The notes below the pieces were generated by a model that saw only the letters and a program-made list of their open reading frames with translations, did no database searches and was not told where the DNA came from. Shown here one piece after another: positions 60,401-64,000 of a DNA stretch of 64,000 nt. How positions within the stretch are numbered: the stretch's first letter is position 1; each line of letters begins with the position of its first letter. The position numbers were made by a program, and so were the translations under genes. The stretch lies in the NCBI RefSeq assembly GCF_009914755.1, contig NC_060933.1; one strand, written 5' to 3'. Origin of the DNA: the human T2T-CHM13v2.0 reference genome, Homo sapiens.

Positions 60401-63400
60401 TTGATTGATTCCATTCCTTTGCATTCCATTCAATTCCATTCCATTCCGGATGATTCCATTCCATTGCATCCCATTCCATTCCATTCCCCTGCACTCGGGT
60501 TGATCCCATTCCATTGCATTCCATTCCATTCCATTCCATTCCATTGCATTCCATTCCGTTCCATTCCATTCCATTCCATTCCATTCTGTTCAGGTTAATT
60601 CCATTCCATTCCATTCCCTTCCATTCCATTCCATTCCATTCCATTCCATTCCATTGCAATCGAGTTGATTCCATTGCATTCCATTCCATTCCATTGCATT
60701 GCATTCCATTCCATTCCATTCCCCTGTACTCAGAATGATTCCATTCCATTCCATTCCATTCCATTCCGTTCCATTCCATTCCATTCCATTTTATTCGCGT
60801 TAATTCCATTCCATTCCATTCCATTCCATTCCGTATGATTCCATTCCATTGCATTTCATTCCATTCAATTCCCCAGCACTCGGGTGGATTCCATTCTATT
60901 CCATTCCATTCCATTCCATTCCATTCCGTTCCATTCCATTCCATTATATTCGGATTGAATCTTTTCAATTCCCTTACACTCCATTACCTTCCATTCCATT
61001 CGGGTTGTTTCCATTCCATTCTATTCCATTCCACTCCATTCCATTGCAATCGGGTTGATTCCATTCCATTCCATTCCATTCCATTCCGTATGATTCCATT
61101 CCATTGCATTCCATTCCAGTCCATTCCACTGCACTCGGGTGGATTCCGTTCTATTCCATTCCATTCCATTCCATTCCATTCCATTCCATTCCATTCCATT
61201 CCATTCTATTCGGGTTAATTTCATTCCATTCCATTTTGTTCCATTCCATTCTATTCCGTACCATTCCATTCCATTTCATTCCATTCCATTCCATTCCATT
61301 TTATTCGCGTTAATTCCATTCCATTCCATTCCATTCCATTCCGTATGATTCCATTCCATTGCATTTCATTCCATTCAATTCCCCAGCACTCGGGTGGATT
61401 CCATTCTATTCCATTCCATTCCATTCCATTCCATTCCGTTCCATTCCATTCCATTATATTCGGATTGAATCTATTCAATTCCCTTACACTCCATTACCTT
61501 CCATTCCATTCGGGTTGTTTCCATTCCATTCTATTCCATTCCACTCCATTCCATTGCAATCGGGTTGATTCCATTCCATTCCATTCCATTCCATTCCGTA
61601 TGATTCCATTCCATTGCATTCCATTCCAGTCCATTCCACTGCACTCGGGTGGATTCCGTTCTATTCCATTCCATTCCATTCCATTCCATTCCATTCCATT
61701 CCATTCCATTCTATTCGGGTTAATTTCATTCCATTCCATTTTGTTCCATTCCATTCTATTCCGTACCATTCCATTCCATTCCATTCCATTCCATTCCATT
61801 CCATTCCATTCCATTCTATTCCATGCCATTCCACTCGGGTTAATTCCATTCCTTTCCATTAAATTCGTGTTGAATCCATTCCATTCGATTCCATTTCATT
61901 CGATTCCATTCCATTGCACTGGGGTCCATTCCATTCCATTCCATTCCATTCCATTCCATTGTACTAGGTTTGATTCCATTCCACTGCATTCCATTCCATT
62001 CCATTCCATTCCGTTCCATTCCATTCCATTACATTCGGATTGGTTGTATTCAATTCCCTTACACTCTATTTCATTCCATTCCATTCGGGTTGTTTCCATT
62101 CCATTCCATTCCATTCCACTCCATTCCATTGCACTCGGGTTCATTCCATTCCATTCCATTCCATTGCATTCCATTTCGTTCCATTCCATTCTATTCCGTA
62201 CCATTCCATTCCATTCCATTCCATGCCATTCCACTCGGGTTGATTCCATTCCTTTCCATTCCATTTGGGTTGAATCCAATCCATTCCATTCCATTCCATT
62301 CCATTCCATTCCATTCCATTCCATTCCATTCTATTCCATTGCACACGGGTTGATTCCATTGTATTCCATTCCGTTCCATTCGGGATGACTCCATTCCATT
62401 GCCTTCCATTCCATTCCATTCCCCTGCACTCGGGTTGATTCCATTCCATTCCATGCCATTCCATTCCATTCCATTCCATTCTATTCCATTCCATTGAAGT
62501 CCTTTCCATTCCATTCCACTCGTGTTGATTCCATTTTATTAGTTTCCATTCCATTCCATTCCCTTCCATTCCACTCTGGTTGATTCCATTCCTTTCCATT
62601 CCACTCGAATTCATTCCCTTCTATTCCATTCGGAATGATTCCATTGCATTCCGTTCAATTCCATTCCATTCCATTCCATTTCGTTCCATTGCATTCTATT
62701 CCGTACCATTCCATTCCATTCCATTCCATGCCATTCCATTCCATTCCATTCCATTCCATTGCACTAGGTTTGATTTCATTCCACTGCATTCCATTCCATT
62801 CCATTCCATTCCATTCCATTCCATTCCATTCCGTTCCATTCAATTCCATTACATTCGGATTGATTGTATTCAATTCCCTTACACTCCATTACATTACATT
62901 CCATTCGGGTTATTTCCATTCCATTCCATTCCATTCCATTCCATTCCATTGCACTCGGGTTGATTCCATTCCATTCAATTCCATTCCATTCCATTTCGTT
63001 CCATTCCAGTCTATTCCGTACCATTCCATTCCATTCCATTCCAGTCCATTCCATTCCTTTCCGTATGATTCCATTCCATTGCATTCCATTCCATTCCATT
63101 CCCTTGCACTCGGGTGGATTCCATTCTATTCCATTCCATTCCATTCCATTCCATTCCATTCCATTCCATTCCATTCCATTCTATTCGGGTTAATTTGATT
63201 CCATTCCATTCCATTGCATTCCATTCCATTCCATTCCACTGCACTCGGATTGATTCCATTCCATTCCATTCCATTCCATTCCATTCCATTCCATTCCATT
63301 TCATTTCGTTCCATTCCATTCTATTCCATTCCAATCCATTCCATTCCTTTCCATTTCATTTCGTTCCATTCCATTCTCTTCCGGACCATTCCATTCCATT

Positions 63401-64000
63401 CCATTACATGCCATTCCACTCCGGTTGATTCCATTCCTTTCCATTCCATTCGACTTGAATCCATTCCATTCCATTCCATTCCATTCCTTTCCATTGCACA
63501 CGTGTTCATTCCATTCCATTCCATTCCATTCCATTCCATTTCGTTCCATTCCATTCTCTTCCGTACCATTCCATTCCATTCCATTCCATTCCATTCCACT
63601 CCATTCCATGCCATTCCGCTCGGGTTTATTCCATTCCTTTCCATTCCATTCGGGTTGAATCCATTCCATTCCATTCCATTCCATTCAATTCCATTACATT
63701 GCACTCGGGTTGATTCCATTCCATTCCATTCCATTCCATTCCATTCCATTCCATTTCGTTTCATTCCATTCTCTTCCGTACCATTCCATTCCATTCCATT
63801 CCATTCCACTCCATTCCATGCCATTCCACTCGGGTTTATTCCATTCCTTTCCATTCCATTCGGGTTGAATCCTTTCCATTCCGTTCAATTCCATTCAATT
63901 CCATTACATTGCACTTGAGTTGATTCCATTCCATTCCATTCCATTCCATTTCATTACATTGCATTCCATTCCATTCCATTCCATGCTATTGCACTCGGGT
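51500..64000 (+). repeat. Copy 2 of block Z (offset 16161-16171 bp, rising to 19949-19954 bp after an internal tandem duplication); runs off the window end
   Basis: Identical ORF translations: 35549/51720, 36033/52204, 37253/53419, 40148/56314, 41947/61896, 43740/63694. Window position 64000 corresponds to 44046. Confidence 0.93.
54230..61765 (+). repeat. 3.76-kb direct tandem duplication (approx. 54230-57990 and 57991-61765)
   Basis: CGTTACAATCC at 54251 and 58014 (3763 bp apart). Identical ORFs at 54693/58456, 56314/60082 and 56619/60387. The single-copy counterpart is at about 38060-41825. Confidence 0.93.

Larger units (their letters stand above)
1..64000 (+). repeat. Human Satellite III (HSat3)-type array, (CATTC)n/(GAATG)n with interspersed A(C/T)TCGGGTTG decamers; continues beyond both window edges
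   Basis: Seen: CATTC pentamers throughout, with pure runs up to about 70 bp (e.g. 2291-2355, 11816-11884), interrupted every few tens of bp by ACTCGGGTTG, ATTCGGGTTG/A, GGATGA and GCAATCGAG words. Established: pentamer plus CAACCCGA(A/G)T decamer defines satellite III; the CATTCGATTC dimer typical of HSat2 is rare here. Subfamily and chromosome cannot be assigned by eye. Confidence 0.97.
17401..64000 (+). repeat. HSat3 sub-domain 2 (CTCGAATTCATT, CCATTTCGTTCC, GCACACGGG, CTAGGTTTGATT, TGATTGA vocabulary)
   Basis: These words first appear from about 17.7-19.3 kb (CTCGAATTC from 22.1 kb) and then recur to the window end; I did not see them in the first 17 kb. Confidence 0.8.

Noticed and set aside
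54230-61765. 3.76-kb unit as the Y-chromosome DYZ1 (~3.5-3.6 kb) repeat
   Set aside because: The length differs and only two tandem copies exist; no ~3.6-kb period runs across the window. Chromosome assignment needs a database search.
1-64000. Hundreds of ORFs encoding MEWNG or HSIPF repeat peptides
   Set aside because: (GGAAT)n has no stop codon and provides ATG every 15 bp in each frame; (CATTC)n is also stop-free. The ORFs overlap in all six frames with no unique domain. Such peptides are known spurious products of human satellite DNA, and finding them in a non-primate assembly would indicate contamination.
1-64000. CRISPR-like array (recurring ACTCGGGTTGATTCC with intervening sequence)
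   Set aside because: The intervening sequences are pentamer repeats of variable length, not unique spacers; there is no leader and no cas gene.
1-64000. Assignment as HSat2 or as telomeric repeat
   Set aside because: CATTCGATTC units are rare and CATTC runs dominate; there are no TTAGGG/CCCTAA arrays (isolated TTAGGG at ~38966 and its copies is a variant of the TTCGGGTTAA word).

Overview
The whole 64 kb is one uninterrupted pericentromeric-type satellite array: human (hominoid) Satellite III, HSat3. It consists of (CATTC)n on the + strand and (GAATG)n on the - strand, punctuated by the classic ACTCGGGTTG/ATTCGGGTTG decamer and related words. I see no genes, RNA genes, transposon insertions, inversions or CRISPR arrays. 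Every ORF in the track (MEWNG.../HSIPF...) is an artefact of translating a pentamer repeat. The informative signal is hidden structure: (1) an ordered cycle of about 7 variant modules, roughly 0.76-0.8 kb long; (2) a subtype switch at about 17.4 kb; (3) a 5-bp register that shifts only about 29 times, most shifts descending from one 4-nt GATT event; (4) an emerging A/B higher-order repeat (about 0.95 + 1.57 = 2.52 kb) at 21-31.7 kb; (5) a near-identical duplication at about 16.17 kb offset (35.3-44.0 kb copied at 51.5-64 kb), containing a younger 3.76-kb tandem duplication; (6) an older, rearranged duplication at about 27-30 kb offset. The array also carries dense TEAD-type (CATTCC) motifs and phased HSE-like motifs. 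All alignments were made by eye from diagnostic k-mers and identical ORF translations, so breakpoints are approximate (tens of bp). I cannot support a new protein-coding system here.
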